Shown here in pieces: positions 35,056 through 45,521 of a DNA stretch of 61,867 nucleotides. Positions within the stretch are counted from its first letter, which is position 1. Each line of letters opens with the position of its first letter. The notes beneath the pieces were generated by a model. The model saw only the letters and a list, made by a program, of their open reading frames with translations, made no database searches and was not told the DNA's origin. This DNA comes from a virus. Taxonomy: Duplodnaviria; Caudoviricetes. The stretch spans positions 1 to 61,867 of IMG/VR virus record IMGVR_UViG_3300025570_000015. The stretch is one strand, 5' to 3'. The position numbers were made by a program, and so were the translations under genes.

Positions 35056-35313
35056 TCATTCCCATGCTTCATTTACATCAGGTGTAGATGGATCATCAGA
35101 CTTGAGTGTGCCATTTTCATTTCTAGCACGCTTACGTTTAGCGGGTGCTTTCTTTGCAGGCTTCTCTACAACGTCTTCAATAACTGTAATTACGTGAGGG
35201 CGTAGTTTATTTATCTTTGCCACTTCCTCATCTGGCAGTATAGCAGTCTCGCCTTTTTCAATTCGGCCTACGCTGCAATGTAGTTTAATTGCATTAACTA
35301 ATACTTTTTTCAT
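35056..35313 (-). CDS. Hypothetical protein downstream of capsid
   Basis: KRARNENGTLKSDDPSTPDVNEAW motif; GGAG RBS before MKKVLV. Confidence 0.55.
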   Translation of the reverse strand: MKKVLVNAIKLHCSVGRIEKGETAILPDEEVAKINKLRPHVITVIEDVVEKPAKKAPAKRKRARNENGTLKSDDPSTPDVNEAWE

Positions 35314-35332
35314 TATGTTCTCCAATGATGTT

Positions 35333-35357
35333 AAAAGGGGCAACCGAAGCTGCCCCT
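35333..35357 (-). terminator. Rho-independent terminator after the capsid gene
   Basis: aggggca/tgcccct stem followed by a U-tract on the minus strand. Confidence 0.7.
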
Positions 35358-35370
35358 AGATTTACACTAC

Positions 35371-36327
35371 TTATGAAGTTGTGTTGTCAGCAATGATACC
35401 ATTTGCTTTTTCATTTTTAGCGCACAGTGTTAGCTCTGTGGTGACTTGTCTTGTGGAATTATCTCCAGTTTTTGCGAGTGCAACATTCTTTGTTGGACGT
35501 AAAACTGCAACTTCCCACATATTGTCCTGCATGATGAAAACATCGCGTGATCTGTTCTCCCGGCTGGGCATAAATTCAACAGATCCCCAAGGTGTTACAT
35601 ATACAGCAAGTGATTTGATTACTTTCTCATCACCAGCTTGTACTGCTGAACGCTGGTTGTTGTTACCAGTGAAGCCTAAAGCTAGGTTCATTTGGAATGC
35701 AGACAAGTAAACTGTGTCTGGCTTTCCGCCCTCTTCCCAAATTGACTGCATAACGCCATCAAATTTAGTTTGTGAAAATGCTGTTGGCGTACCATCATCA
35801 GTACGCGCATCAGAACCATCACCAGTTGGGTTTGCGCCAGAGTTTCCAGATTGGAAGTCTACGTTTGTAATCATCCATGCTGGAGCGCCTGCAAGTTCGC
35901 GTGCTGTTGATGAATTACCAGCAACTCTTGCGTTGTTTGCGAATAGAGCTTTTTCTATATCGAGCTTCTGCTCTTTCGCCACTTTTAAGGTGTGATAAGC
36001 TAACTCACGACCCCGGCCTGCTTTATTTAGACCTTCATCTGTGTCAGGAACTACAACTGCGTTTTTAAAGATTTGCGTGTAATTGCCTAAACGAGATGTT
36101 GCTGTACGTGCTTCAGCAGTAGTTGCATCGCCTTCAATGTGAGCGTTTGCGCCAGATGCACGTAGTGAATCTGTCTGCCACTCGGTAAAAGTGTTGCGTG
36201 CAGTAGTTTTCTTACACTTAGAATATAGTGGAGTTTCCTCCGGGCTTACGTTGTAAATCACGTCAGATAAATCTTCACGTATCCCCACAGCATCATAGCT
36301 GTCAAATGTGTTGGATGGTTGTGCCAT
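35371..36327 (-). CDS. Major capsid protein (SU10/DUF5309-like)
   Basis: REDLSDVIYNVSPEETP, EWQTDSL, NYTQIF and LAKTGD motifs; downstream of scaffold, followed by a terminator. Confidence 0.88.
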   Translation of the reverse strand: MAQPSNTFDSYDAVGIREDLSDVIYNVSPEETPLYSKCKKTTARNTFTEWQTDSLRASGANAHIEGDATTAEARTATSRLGNYTQIFKNAVVVPDTDEGLNKAGRGRELAYHTLKVAKEQKLDIEKALFANNARVAGNSSTARELAGAPAWMITNVDFQSGNSGANPTGDGSDARTDDGTPTAFSQTKFDGVMQSIWEEGGKPDTVYLSAFQMNLALGFTGNNNQRSAVQAGDEKVIKSLAVYVTPWGSVEFMPSRENRSRDVFIMQDNMWEVAVLRPTKNVALAKTGDNSTRQVTTELTLCAKNEKANGIIADNTTS

Positions 36328-36368
36328 GTTTTTTCCCTTTCAAGGATTAAGAAGCAATACTTAATGTA

Positions 36369-37403
36369 TTAGCTATCACCAATTATCAAGTTCAATGCAT
36401 CATCGATTGAACCTGTCTTCTGCAAGCGCTGTTGCGCTTTTTTACGAGTTGCGGAATTTCCTTCTTGACGCTTTTTAGCACCAGCCTTCACTACAGGGCT
36501 TGGCTTCTTACCACTAGCCTTTGCAGATTTCTTCTTGGCTACCAACTCCTGCCACTTGCGAGCATCGTTTGTAAGTCTTACAGCTCTTGCATCTTTGACG
36601 CTTTGCATCTCTTCAACAGTGTAGCCGTAAGATACACCGACATTTACGAGTGCATCCTTAATTTGCTGGCCTTTAACTGGGTCAGCTATTTCTGGAATAT
36701 ATTGTTGCAAAAGTCTAACCTGTTCAAGATCGTATTCTTGTTCGGCGGCAAGAGATGCCTGCTGCTTTTGCATTGCAATATTCTGGAGTTGTGTTTGATT
36801 TTGGTTGTATTCCTGCACCTTCTTATCATACAAAGCTTTCTCAGTCATATATCCAATTGGATCATCATTGAGTAATTGTTCGGATGGTTCGATTGGGCGC
36901 TGTAATCCACCAGCTTCAAACGATTGGTGCAACCGCATAAATTGGTCTTCCCGCTGTTGCAACGCGGCTTCCTTTTGATCAAAATGTGCTTTGATCCTAA
37001 CTTGAGCCTGTTCGACTTGCTTTCGCTCCTCGGCAGCCTCTTGAAACCGCTTATTAATTGCCGCTTGTCCCGCATATGATTGCTTTAACTGCTCCAGTGT
37101 AGCCTGCTCTATCTTGCCGTCAGCTTTGACGGAATAAAGGACATCTTCTTCAGTAGCCTCTTGAGGGTCTTCATCGTCAATTTCCACATCATCAAGATCA
37201 TATTCTTCATCATCTTGTTCGCTGGATGCTTCTAGTTCAGCGTCATCTTCGCTCTCGGCTGTTGCCTCAATCGCTTCACTTTGATCGTCATCTTCAGTCT
37301 CAGTGATTTGATCAACGGCTTCGCTCAGATTATCGCCACCAGTGTCTTCTGGGGCGGGTGATAATAAGCTGTTTACAGCTTGGTCTAGGCTAGTCGATTC
37401 CAT
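36369..37403 (-). CDS. Scaffolding protein
   Basis: Acidic N-terminus, VKADGKIEQATLEQL, coiled coil, C-terminal LQKTGSIDDA; upstream of capsid. Confidence 0.8.
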   Translation of the reverse strand: MESTSLDQAVNSLLSPAPEDTGGDNLSEAVDQITETEDDDQSEAIEATAESEDDAELEASSEQDDEEYDLDDVEIDDEDPQEATEEDVLYSVKADGKIEQATLEQLKQSYAGQAAINKRFQEAAEERKQVEQAQVRIKAHFDQKEAALQQREDQFMRLHQSFEAGGLQRPIEPSEQLLNDDPIGYMTEKALYDKKVQEYNQNQTQLQNIAMQKQQASLAAEQEYDLEQVRLLQQYIPEIADPVKGQQIKDALVNVGVSYGYTVEEMQSVKDARAVRLTNDARKWQELVAKKKSAKASGKKPSPVVKAGAKKRQEGNSATRKKAQQRLQKTGSIDDALNLIIGDS

Positions 37404-37408
37404 CGGTG

Positions 37409-37651
37409 CTAGTTCCTTTGTTTGCGATCTAAAATTAACTCTGCCGCCAAAGCAGCGTCGAGTTTAATTTCGATCTGGTTCACTGCACGCAGTATTGCGT
37501 GAGCATCTTCACGTACATCAACGTCTGATGCACTACTGTCAGCGAATAACCTTAGTTGGTCATCGCGTACCTGTTGCATAAAATTTATAAAAGCTGTGTC
37601 GTTTTTTAGACGCTTAGCTTCATCTGCGTTTATGCGTATTTCTGTTGTCAT
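37409..37651 (-). CDS. Small head-associated protein
   Basis: 80 aa between portal and scaffold. Confidence 0.7.
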   Translation of the reverse strand: MTTEIRINADEAKRLKNDTAFINFMQQVRDDQLRLFADSSASDVDVREDAHAILRAVNQIEIKLDAALAAELILDRKQRN

Positions 37652-39732
37652 TGCTGTGGAGTACCTTGTGCCATCTCACCAATCATTCTCACTTTATCTT
37701 GCTCCGCTTGTATGCGTGCAACATCAACTGATGTTCCATACTCACCATATACTTTAGCTGCATCAACGAGCAAGTCTTGCGCCATCTGATCTCGCTTTAA
37801 ATCATTGTCTGCGGCGGCTTTCTGCGCATCTAATTGCATCTTGGCGGCGTCTGATTGCATCTTAACTTGTGCTTTCATTTGTTCTGCCTGCAAGAATGCA
37901 GCATTCGGGTCTTGGCCTTCGCCTTGTTGTGCTTGTGCTGCTTGTTGCTGCTGTAGCATTTGAGCTTCAATTTCTTCAGTAATTGGCGCAAAATATCTGT
38001 CAGCGTTTCGTATTCCAGATACAGCTAATTGATCCGCCAGAGTATTGCGGATGTTAGTCATGCTAACTAAACCATTCATAGGCCCGTATGTCTGGTAAAC
38101 CATAGTCTGCATTTGTAATGCTTGGCTAAGTGCCATAGCTTTCTCTTCTTCACGTCCAGTACCTAATCCAACATTAATGCTAACGTCCATTGAGCTATCC
38201 CATACTCTAGGATCAACTGGCACAAATGTGCCATTCATACGCATCATTTGTTCTTCATCTACATTCTTGTTTGATAAACGTAGCATTATGCCAAACAAGT
38301 CTCTCATGCCATCTGCTAGGTTACGCACCATAACTTCAACTTGGCCTGCTGCGGCTTGCACAGTAGCTTGCACAGCTGCTTTAGTTGTAGATTGCATTGC
38401 ATCTGGGTCTAACCCCATAGAAGCCCGTGAGACGCCTGTTTTAGTCTCTACAAGGCCATCTAGGTAAGTTAATGCACCTAACGTCTGCCCAGCAGTAAAT
38501 GGCACTGACAAGTCTTGTACTGCACCAGCTTGGCGCATTCTTACAATTGCACCAATCTCGTTGTTTAACACGTCATCAATGTTAGCTGCGCCTTCTATGA
38601 CCGCCAAACGTGGATTATTCGTCATTGCTACGTTGTCTAAGATTGAGCGTAATATTGATGTAGCTGCGTCTTGGTCATCCATAACTATTTCAGCTAGTGA
38701 ACGTCCATAGAATGTGTGTGGTTCTGGGTCTATTTCAAACTTAGCAAAAGGCAATTCATCGCATGGCTCAAAGTCTAGCATCTCATATGATGTACCACCG
38801 CATGTAATCTTGTGTAATACGGGTATGCCAGTGCCATCAGCATCTATTCTCATATATGCTTCTGTCACAGTTACATTCTTCATTGACGGGTCTTGCTCAT
38901 CTTCATCAGATGTATCTAAGCTGTAGCCACGTCTTTCATGCACTTCAGCTTCAGTCATCTCTGACCCATTATCAAAGCTGTTTAAATCCAGTACAACTTC
39001 AGGGTCATACCCCATTGCTATTAAATCGCCTGCACGCATTTCCGTTCTGTGAGCCACCAAGTAAGCATCTTTGAGGTTACGTGCATCTCGGTTAATGAAG
39101 AATTCTTCAGGCGGCACGCTTTCAATGCATAGTTCGCCTTTTTCTTGCTGGCGGCTAATCTTTATACTGTGTGAGGGTGTTTCTATTTCCATGCCCATCT
39201 CGTCCATTGAGATGCTCATTTCTGTAGTTTGCTCCAATATGCTTACTTCATCATCATCTGTAAGATATGCAAGTTCATCATCGTTAAGGTCTGTGAACGT
39301 GTATATTTCTGCTTCCGGGTAAGTCATCCAGTATGCTTTTACGATACCTTGTTTCTTCACAAGTGCATCTTGAAATGCATCATTAATTACCCGGTAGCCA
39401 TTTAAGCGTGTAAACTCATGGTGCATAAATTCAGTGGCTTGTTCTGCCATTGCTACATCTTCTGCACCATGTGGAACAAACTCCACTGGCTTTGCTGTAC
39501 TTAGGAATATACGCATTAAGCTTGGCTTCACAGCACGTACGGTATCACGTACTTTTGTAGCTACAACTTTGCTTCTGCCATCTTCATAACCAAGGTCAAC
39601 TTCACCATCATAATATCGCTGTGCTTTAATTCTGTCTTGGCTTATTTCGCTTTCAACAAAATCCACTGCACTTGCAATAGCATCTTGAACTATGCCTTCG
39701 ACTTCTCTACGTGACTTTGGTTTTAATTCCAT
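37648..39732 (-). CDS. Portal protein (right copy)
   Basis: Same length as and highly similar to 191-2275. Confidence 0.9.
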   Translation of the reverse strand: MELKPKSRREVEGIVQDAIASAVDFVESEISQDRIKAQRYYDGEVDLGYEDGRSKVVATKVRDTVRAVKPSLMRIFLSTAKPVEFVPHGAEDVAMAEQATEFMHHEFTRLNGYRVINDAFQDALVKKQGIVKAYWMTYPEAEIYTFTDLNDDELAYLTDDDEVSILEQTTEMSISMDEMGMEIETPSHSIKISRQQEKGELCIESVPPEEFFINRDARNLKDAYLVAHRTEMRAGDLIAMGYDPEVVLDLNSFDNGSEMTEAEVHERRGYSLDTSDEDEQDPSMKNVTVTEAYMRIDADGTGIPVLHKITCGGTSYEMLDFEPCDELPFAKFEIDPEPHTFYGRSLAEIVMDDQDAATSILRSILDNVAMTNNPRLAVIEGAANIDDVLNNEIGAIVRMRQAGAVQDLSVPFTAGQTLGALTYLDGLVETKTGVSRASMGLDPDAMQSTTKAAVQATVQAAAGQVEVMVRNLADGMRDLFGIMLRLSNKNVDEEQMMRMNGTFVPVDPRVWDSSMDVSINVGLGTGREEEKAMALSQALQMQTMVYQTYGPMNGLVSMTNIRNTLADQLAVSGIRNADRYFAPITEEIEAQMLQQQQAAQAQQGEGQDPNAAFLQAEQMKAQVKMQSDAAKMQLDAQKAAADNDLKRDQMAQDLLVDAAKVYGEYGTSVDVARIQAEQDKVRMIGEMAQGTPQQ

Positions 39733-39742
39733 GTTCTATTCC

Positions 39743-41443
39743 TTAATTCACCATTTTATCTACAGCGTATTGCGTTTGGTCTGCGCCAGCAGCAATAGTG
39801 CCTTTTGTTGCGCCAGATGTAAACGAGCGCGTGGCAGCTTCTAATGCTCTAAAGGCAGAAGGATTTGCGGTCTTAACTTGCTCGGCTAAACCGTTCGACA
39901 CAATTGCCTGAAACAGCTCAACTCGATTCTTCATGGACATTTCCCTAACATATCTTAATCCAGTTGTGGCTGCTCCAGTTATTAATGGAGCAACTAAAGC
40001 TCCAACAGGGCCACCAACCAATGCACCGGCTGCGGATGATACGCCCATTGCACCAGTAGCAACACCACCACTAAGTGGGTTTCTACCACCTGTCATAGAG
40101 AAACCTGCTTGGCTTATATTTGCTATTAAATTACCTAATGGTGTGCCTTGTTGTATTTGAGCTAATAATGTCAGTTCTTCTTTGTTAAATTGCTTTCTTT
40201 TTTTAGGATTGTTTAACAATGTTCGTATTTGATTTTTTAATCCACTTTCTAATCCGCCAGCATAATTTGGGGCTGCTTCGAGTAAATCATTTATTACTCT
40301 AGTCTTACTCATTACAGACCAAGTTTTTTGCGCTTCCTTTAATGTTCTCATAGCATTTGCAGGATCTCCAGATATTAATTGGTCTGGTGTTAGTTTAGCT
40401 ACATAGTTATCAATTGCATCACTAATAATTCCACCAACTCGACGTTCAGCATTGTTAGTAAAATCAGATTTAGGCGCTTGTGTTAATTTGCTAAGAAAAT
40501 CAATATCCTTCATGCCAGCACTTTTTGTAATATCGCTAGCAAAATCTTTGGCTGCGGCTTCAATCTCCTGAAGAACACCTTTACTTTTAGGAAATAATGT
40601 TTTGCTTAATGGCCTTCCGCTCGTACCTACCTCTTCTAAAACATCATCAATTATTTTATTTAAACCTACTGGGTCAATTTGCACGCCAGAGTTTTCTGCT
40701 AATTTATATAAATTATTTGCAGACTGCTTTAGCTCTTCAACTGACTTTGCGCCTTGAGCCGCCGCTTGTTGTGCTTTTTTAGTTAGGAAATCCTTAAAAA
40801 CATCTGACACAGTTCTGCCGGCTACTTGAAATGTGCCGCCAAGTATTGAGCCTAAAGCAACGCCTGTCGGCATAGCCATTAAGCGATCCATCATGTCACC
40901 TTCTGATGTCCCTGCTGCATAAAGCCCGCCTGTTACACCACCAAGTGTAGCCGCTTGTTTTAAGTTTTTTGCAGCCCCAAAAGGGACAGCAGCGCCGCCA
41001 ATAAATTCAGAGCCATATGCCTTTATAGGGTCTGTTTCTTTAAATTCACCAATTCTTTCACGCTCTCTTTGTAGCTCTTGCTGGTATATATCACCTAAAG
41101 GCCTATCATCGCCGCTTACAATTTTTTTAAGGCCAGCAGTACCACCCGCTATAATTTCATCTCCAGTGCCAATAGTTCCGCCTTGGAATAATCCGCGAAC
41201 TGTGCCTAAGAAACCACCGCCAACTTCAGGCTTATCTTTATTAGTAAAGCCAAACGGCTTGCCAGCCTTGTTAGCTTCAACAAGTAAATCGCCAGCTTGC
41301 GTCTTATCTAAACCAAGCTTTTTAGCAAAACCCACTACAGGCATTTCAGAATAAAACTTGTTATAAACGCCATACAATAATTCGGCGTCTGTTTTATCTT
41401 GATATTGCGGAAACTTTTTTCGTAATGTTTCTATATCACTCAT
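39743..41443 (-). CDS. Putative ejection protein (replaces the 745-aa gene)
   Basis: Same position as 2286-4523 but little recognisable similarity; Gly/Ala-rich hydrophobic segments. Confidence 0.55.
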   Translation of the reverse strand: MSDIETLRKKFPQYQDKTDAELLYGVYNKFYSEMPVVGFAKKLGLDKTQAGDLLVEANKAGKPFGFTNKDKPEVGGGFLGTVRGLFQGGTIGTGDEIIAGGTAGLKKIVSGDDRPLGDIYQQELQRERERIGEFKETDPIKAYGSEFIGGAAVPFGAAKNLKQAATLGGVTGGLYAAGTSEGDMMDRLMAMPTGVALGSILGGTFQVAGRTVSDVFKDFLTKKAQQAAAQGAKSVEELKQSANNLYKLAENSGVQIDPVGLNKIIDDVLEEVGTSGRPLSKTLFPKSKGVLQEIEAAAKDFASDITKSAGMKDIDFLSKLTQAPKSDFTNNAERRVGGIISDAIDNYVAKLTPDQLISGDPANAMRTLKEAQKTWSVMSKTRVINDLLEAAPNYAGGLESGLKNQIRTLLNNPKKRKQFNKEELTLLAQIQQGTPLGNLIANISQAGFSMTGGRNPLSGGVATGAMGVSSAAGALVGGPVGALVAPLITGAATTGLRYVREMSMKNRVELFQAIVSNGLAEQVKTANPSAFRALEAATRSFTSGATKGTIAAGADQTQYAVDKMVN

Positions 41444-41448
41444 TGTAA

Positions 41449-42582
41449 TTACCTTATTCCAAGAGGGTCATCATCGTCACTCTGCGCTGTGCTTTGTCCA
41501 TTATCTATACCCACAATATCTGTATAGTAATCTTTAATTGAACCCTGATTTGTAAAATGTCTTAGCGTATCATTTACAGCAGAAAGGGCTTTGCGCTGTG
41601 CGTCGATTCTATCTGTAATCCATTTTCTTAACTCGACAGGACTTAAGTTATCATCTGGAAGGCCTGTATCCATAGCAAGCTTTAACTCACCTTCGCTCAG
41701 TGCGCCGAATGTAACAGAGCCAATAATGTCTAAACCTAATTTTGACTTAGCAGTTCTTAAAGATTGTGCCGCCGCAGTAATATCAGGTATAAATTGGCTT
41801 ATTCTACCAGATATTGCAATTCCACCTTCGCCAGCATCCAATGCATCAAGAGCTATTTGGTAATTTGCTAAATTTTGCTTTATTTTTGACATACTTTCAC
41901 CAGACAGTTTAATCATATCTGATCTTAATATCGCATTTTTCTTTTGGAACTCAACGTCACCTATTAAATCAGCTTGAGCTGTTAACGTACCAGTTTCCCT
42001 ACTTTGATATATGCCCTTTTGCAACTCAGCGTAGTTTGATTGTGATTTCCGCACAAATTCCATTGCGGCTTCTCCTGTTAACTCTTGCCCACCAGAAGTT
42101 TTAACAACAACGCTGCCATCTTTCATTTTTACCAATACACCTGATTGGTCTGGTAAGTCTGATACAGATTGCACGTTTACATTACCCGTAAGAGAATTTT
42201 TAAATAATTCTAATTGTTGCTGCCTTCCAAACTGCTTATCCGCACTTGTTTCTTGCATCATATAATTTATAGCTTGACCAGCGTCTATTGCGCCTGACTC
42301 TACAGCCCCGGCTAATTTCTCCTGATTATTTGCCCGCAAGTAAGCTACAGTTTTATTTAAATTCCCAGCAGCTACACGTTGCATACCACGCTCACGAATG
42401 CCTTCACCTGCACGCATCTCTGGCATAATTAATGGATCAAGTGCGGCGGCAAAGTTTTGCGCTCTACTTAGCCCGGTGTTTTCGTTACGCTTTCTAGCAT
42501 AATCTAGTAAGCCACCAAAGCCACCTCGAGATTGCGATGGGTTTACTTGCTCTTGAATAATTTCTGCTGGCTTTTTTATCAT
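41449..42582 (-). CDS. Putative ejection protein
   Basis: N-terminus shared with 4528-5409; C-terminal FGALSEGEL motif. Confidence 0.55.
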   Translation of the reverse strand: MIKKPAEIIQEQVNPSQSRGGFGGLLDYARKRNENTGLSRAQNFAAALDPLIMPEMRAGEGIRERGMQRVAAGNLNKTVAYLRANNQEKLAGAVESGAIDAGQAINYMMQETSADKQFGRQQQLELFKNSLTGNVNVQSVSDLPDQSGVLVKMKDGSVVVKTSGGQELTGEAAMEFVRKSQSNYAELQKGIYQSRETGTLTAQADLIGDVEFQKKNAILRSDMIKLSGESMSKIKQNLANYQIALDALDAGEGGIAISGRISQFIPDITAAAQSLRTAKSKLGLDIIGSVTFGALSEGELKLAMDTGLPDDNLSPVELRKWITDRIDAQRKALSAVNDTLRHFTNQGSIKDYYTDIVGIDNGQSTAQSDDDDPLGIR

Positions 42583-43412
42583 TACATTAACCCCGCACCA
42601 AGTTGTAGATAACTAAATAAACCGGGGTTCATTGTCTTGGTTTCTGATTGTGGAACTGGCGTAACACCAAGAGCAGCAAGTGGTGCATTAAGTGCAGCCG
42701 TTGGAGCGCCAGTGTAACCAGCATATTGTTGTTTAGCTGCATCAATGAGTGATTGCTGTAAACCTTGCTGTAGCAGACCTTGTTGGGCTTGCTGTTGCTG
42801 TATCGCTTGGCCTGTACCAAATGCTTGCTGACCAAGTTGACCAAGTTGAGCCGCGCCAGCCATTTGTCTGCCCTGCTGTGCTTGTGCTGCTTGCAGTGCT
42901 GTGTTGAACCCTTGCTGTTGCAGATTGCCAAATGCTTGTGCGCCTTGCCTTGCAAATCCTTCGTTTGTCAAAGCTTCTGCTACGCCATGCCTTGAGCCGC
43001 CAAATGCCCTAGCACCTGAAGCTTGCGCTCCTAAAGTGTTCATCTGCATTTGCCGTTGTCTTTCAAGATCAGCTAACGTGTTTTGCGTAACTTGCCTTGT
43101 ATATGGGTTCATAAACTGACCAATGTTTGGGGCTTGCATTGCAGCTCTCGTACCCTGAAATGCTTGCTGTAATCCGCCAGCCGCAGCTTGGTTTACGTTA
43201 AACCCTTGTGGCTGGGCAGGCGCAGCAGTTGGAGCTGCCATTGGTGAATATTGTGTAGATGGAGATGGAGCTGGCATAGCTCTTGGCATTTCACCATTCC
43301 CACCACCTTTGCCGCCAGACATTGGTGGTGATGGTAATGGAGTGAAATCACTTACGCCTGTTGCAGGCATTCCATCTTTTCCCATTGGTCTTACTTGTCC
43401 GCCGCCAGCCAT
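42582..43412 (-). CDS. Gln/Gly/Ala-rich putative ejection protein
   Basis: Homolog of 5414-6229. Confidence 0.6.
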   Translation of the reverse strand: MAGGGQVRPMGKDGMPATGVSDFTPLPSPPMSGGKGGGNGEMPRAMPAPSPSTQYSPMAAPTAAPAQPQGFNVNQAAAGGLQQAFQGTRAAMQAPNIGQFMNPYTRQVTQNTLADLERQRQMQMNTLGAQASGARAFGGSRHGVAEALTNEGFARQGAQAFGNLQQQGFNTALQAAQAQQGRQMAGAAQLGQLGQQAFGTGQAIQQQQAQQGLLQQGLQQSLIDAAKQQYAGYTGAPTAALNAPLAALGVTPVPQSETKTMNPGLFSYLQLGAGLM

Positions 43413-43413
43413 C

Positions 43414-45159
43414 TTATGCTTCCTTCTTATTGTTTTTTGGTAGCAATACTGCGCCTACTGCATATGAGAATGCTTCGCCAACTGTAGCTATCACTTTACC
43501 AACTTTATTAGACTTATGTTTTTCTGGACTCATTGTGTGAGCCATTTCTTCTGCCCATGCTTTAACAATAGGCCACATAACTTTACGTGCAACTTTACCG
43601 CCAACTGTGTCTCTCTTAACAAAGTCTGCTAGAGGCGCAGCCCATGCATGGTATCCGTTCATTAGTTTTCTATTGTTTCTATGCAACCAGACGCCGTATC
43701 TTTGGTCTAACCGCCATATCTCGCGCGGCAAATAACCTAGCTCATAATATGCACAACATAGGATTTTTGATGATCCGCCGCCGCTTGAGCTTGAGCCACC
43801 GCCGCTACTTACATTGGGGCCGGGCGCTCTAACTGCATTGCCGCTTCCATCTTTCACAGCGTTACCTTTAGAGTCTCTAACAACTCCGCCAGTATATGTT
43901 GGTGTAGGGTTTGAATTATCACGTCTACGTGCAGCCTCTTGAGCAACTAATGCTGCTTCATTTCTTATTGCCAGCTCTTGAGCTTCTCTTTCAGCTACAA
44001 CTTGAGCATTGTATGCCGCTTGCTCTGCCGCAGATTTATTAGCGTATGCATCCTGTTGTGATTGCGTTGGAGTATTTACATCAAACATTGCATAATTATT
44101 TGGGTCAAACCCACCAGCCGCAGCTTTTGCCGCAAGGTCTTTGCTTTGAGCATCAACTGCGCCCTCAAAATTAATTGCTGGATAAATATTATCAGCAACA
44201 CCTCCAGCAAAACCAGCCAAGCCTACTTCTGGTAAGCCTGTTAAATTGCCGCTTAGACCTCCAGTGACAAGTGAGCCACCATACGATCCGCCAGTGCTAT
44301 CATAGCCTCTTCGAGTAGGGTTTCCATCTGCGTCTGGGAAGGTGTTATAGTATGCCATTCCGCCTGATGGATTTTGTTTAGATGGTTCTTGGTTTTGCAG
44401 CATCTTTAAGTTATCATAAAAACCCATTTGGTTTGAGCCTACAGCACCCATTGCTATATCTTCTTGGGCTAACCTAGCCGCAGCGCCTTCTGGACTTTCG
44501 ACATATCTTCTCTGGGCTTCGTTCAATACTTGTGTCTTAGGATCGTAGCCGCTTCCGGGTGCTATAGTTTCTGCATACCTAGCCATTTCTTTTTGCGTAA
44601 GAGAAGAGCCACTAACTTGCTGACCCATTAAATCATCTAACCTTTGACGATTTTCATCACTGCGAGATTTTCTGCGCATATCTTCCATTGTTAAAGCGTC
44701 TTGTGCTGCGCGCTGTGTCTCTGCGTATGTTGGATACATATTATAATCTATTGGAGCGAATGAGTTTTGCCCGCCAGAATATGGATTGATAAAGAAGCTA
44801 TCCATATATGCTTTCTGCGCTGGCCTTTCCATTGCAAGCGCATTTAAAGATTGCTCATATATTGGAGCTGATGAATAACCACTTACGCCGCCAGCATATT
44901 GTGTAGGATCACCCATACCGCCCATTATGTCTTGCTGGCTTGTCGGTGCGCCCATTCCAAATGCGCCAGCAACGTCAGCAGTGTTTTGAAACGCGGCTTG
45001 TTGCATAGGCGTGAATGCAGCTACGTCTGGGCCATAGTATGGAACATAACCAAGCTGTGAAATACGTTCAGCTTTGTTTAGGTTACGCTGCGCCGCTTTC
45101 TCAATGTATTCTGGGATTTCAACACTTGATGATGTTGATCCGCCTTTGCCACCTGACAT
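43414..45159 (-). CDS. Putative internal virion protein with extra C-terminal domain
   Basis: N-terminus shared with 6275-7399; Gly/Ser linker then KILCCAYYELG...GYHAWA domain. Confidence 0.55.
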   Translation of the reverse strand: MSGGKGGSTSSSVEIPEYIEKAAQRNLNKAERISQLGYVPYYGPDVAAFTPMQQAAFQNTADVAGAFGMGAPTSQQDIMGGMGDPTQYAGGVSGYSSAPIYEQSLNALAMERPAQKAYMDSFFINPYSGGQNSFAPIDYNMYPTYAETQRAAQDALTMEDMRRKSRSDENRQRLDDLMGQQVSGSSLTQKEMARYAETIAPGSGYDPKTQVLNEAQRRYVESPEGAAARLAQEDIAMGAVGSNQMGFYDNLKMLQNQEPSKQNPSGGMAYYNTFPDADGNPTRRGYDSTGGSYGGSLVTGGLSGNLTGLPEVGLAGFAGGVADNIYPAINFEGAVDAQSKDLAAKAAAGGFDPNNYAMFDVNTPTQSQQDAYANKSAAEQAAYNAQVVAEREAQELAIRNEAALVAQEAARRRDNSNPTPTYTGGVVRDSKGNAVKDGSGNAVRAPGPNVSSGGGSSSSGGGSSKILCCAYYELGYLPREIWRLDQRYGVWLHRNNRKLMNGYHAWAAPLADFVKRDTVGGKVARKVMWPIVKAWAEEMAHTMSPEKHKSNKVGKVIATVGEAFSYAVGAVLLPKNNKKEA

Positions 45160-45521
45160 TAATCAAACTCCTTAATATACGACGAGTGTAGCTGATTCCA
45201 GCCATGCTTCGCCAATGGTTTTTTCCAGCCTACACGCCCCGTCATGGTTAGTGCTGTGCATCCTTGCGCTTTAGCCCACTGTATCACATCTTGATGCATA
45301 TCCAAAATCTGATCCAATTCACCACCGCCAAGGAACACGTTTAACATTCGTTTACGTGGATATACCACAATTTCTGTTACTATGCACCCCTTTGGCGTAG
45401 GCCACAACTGCATTGTCCCTTTATATATTCCCTCGGCCACATCAATAAAATCATGCGTGCCGCCAGAATACTCCAAAGCGGCTTCAATCCAAGTTCTGCA
45501 ACGCTCTAATTCTTCATTCAT
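45159..45521 (-). CDS. GNAT-fold-like phage protein
   Basis: Homolog of 7399-7761. Confidence 0.55.
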   Translation of the reverse strand: MNEELERCRTWIEAALEYSGGTHDFIDVAEGIYKGTMQLWPTPKGCIVTEIVVYPRKRMLNVFLGGGELDQILDMHQDVIQWAKAQGCTALTMTGRVGWKKPLAKHGWNQLHSSYIKEFD

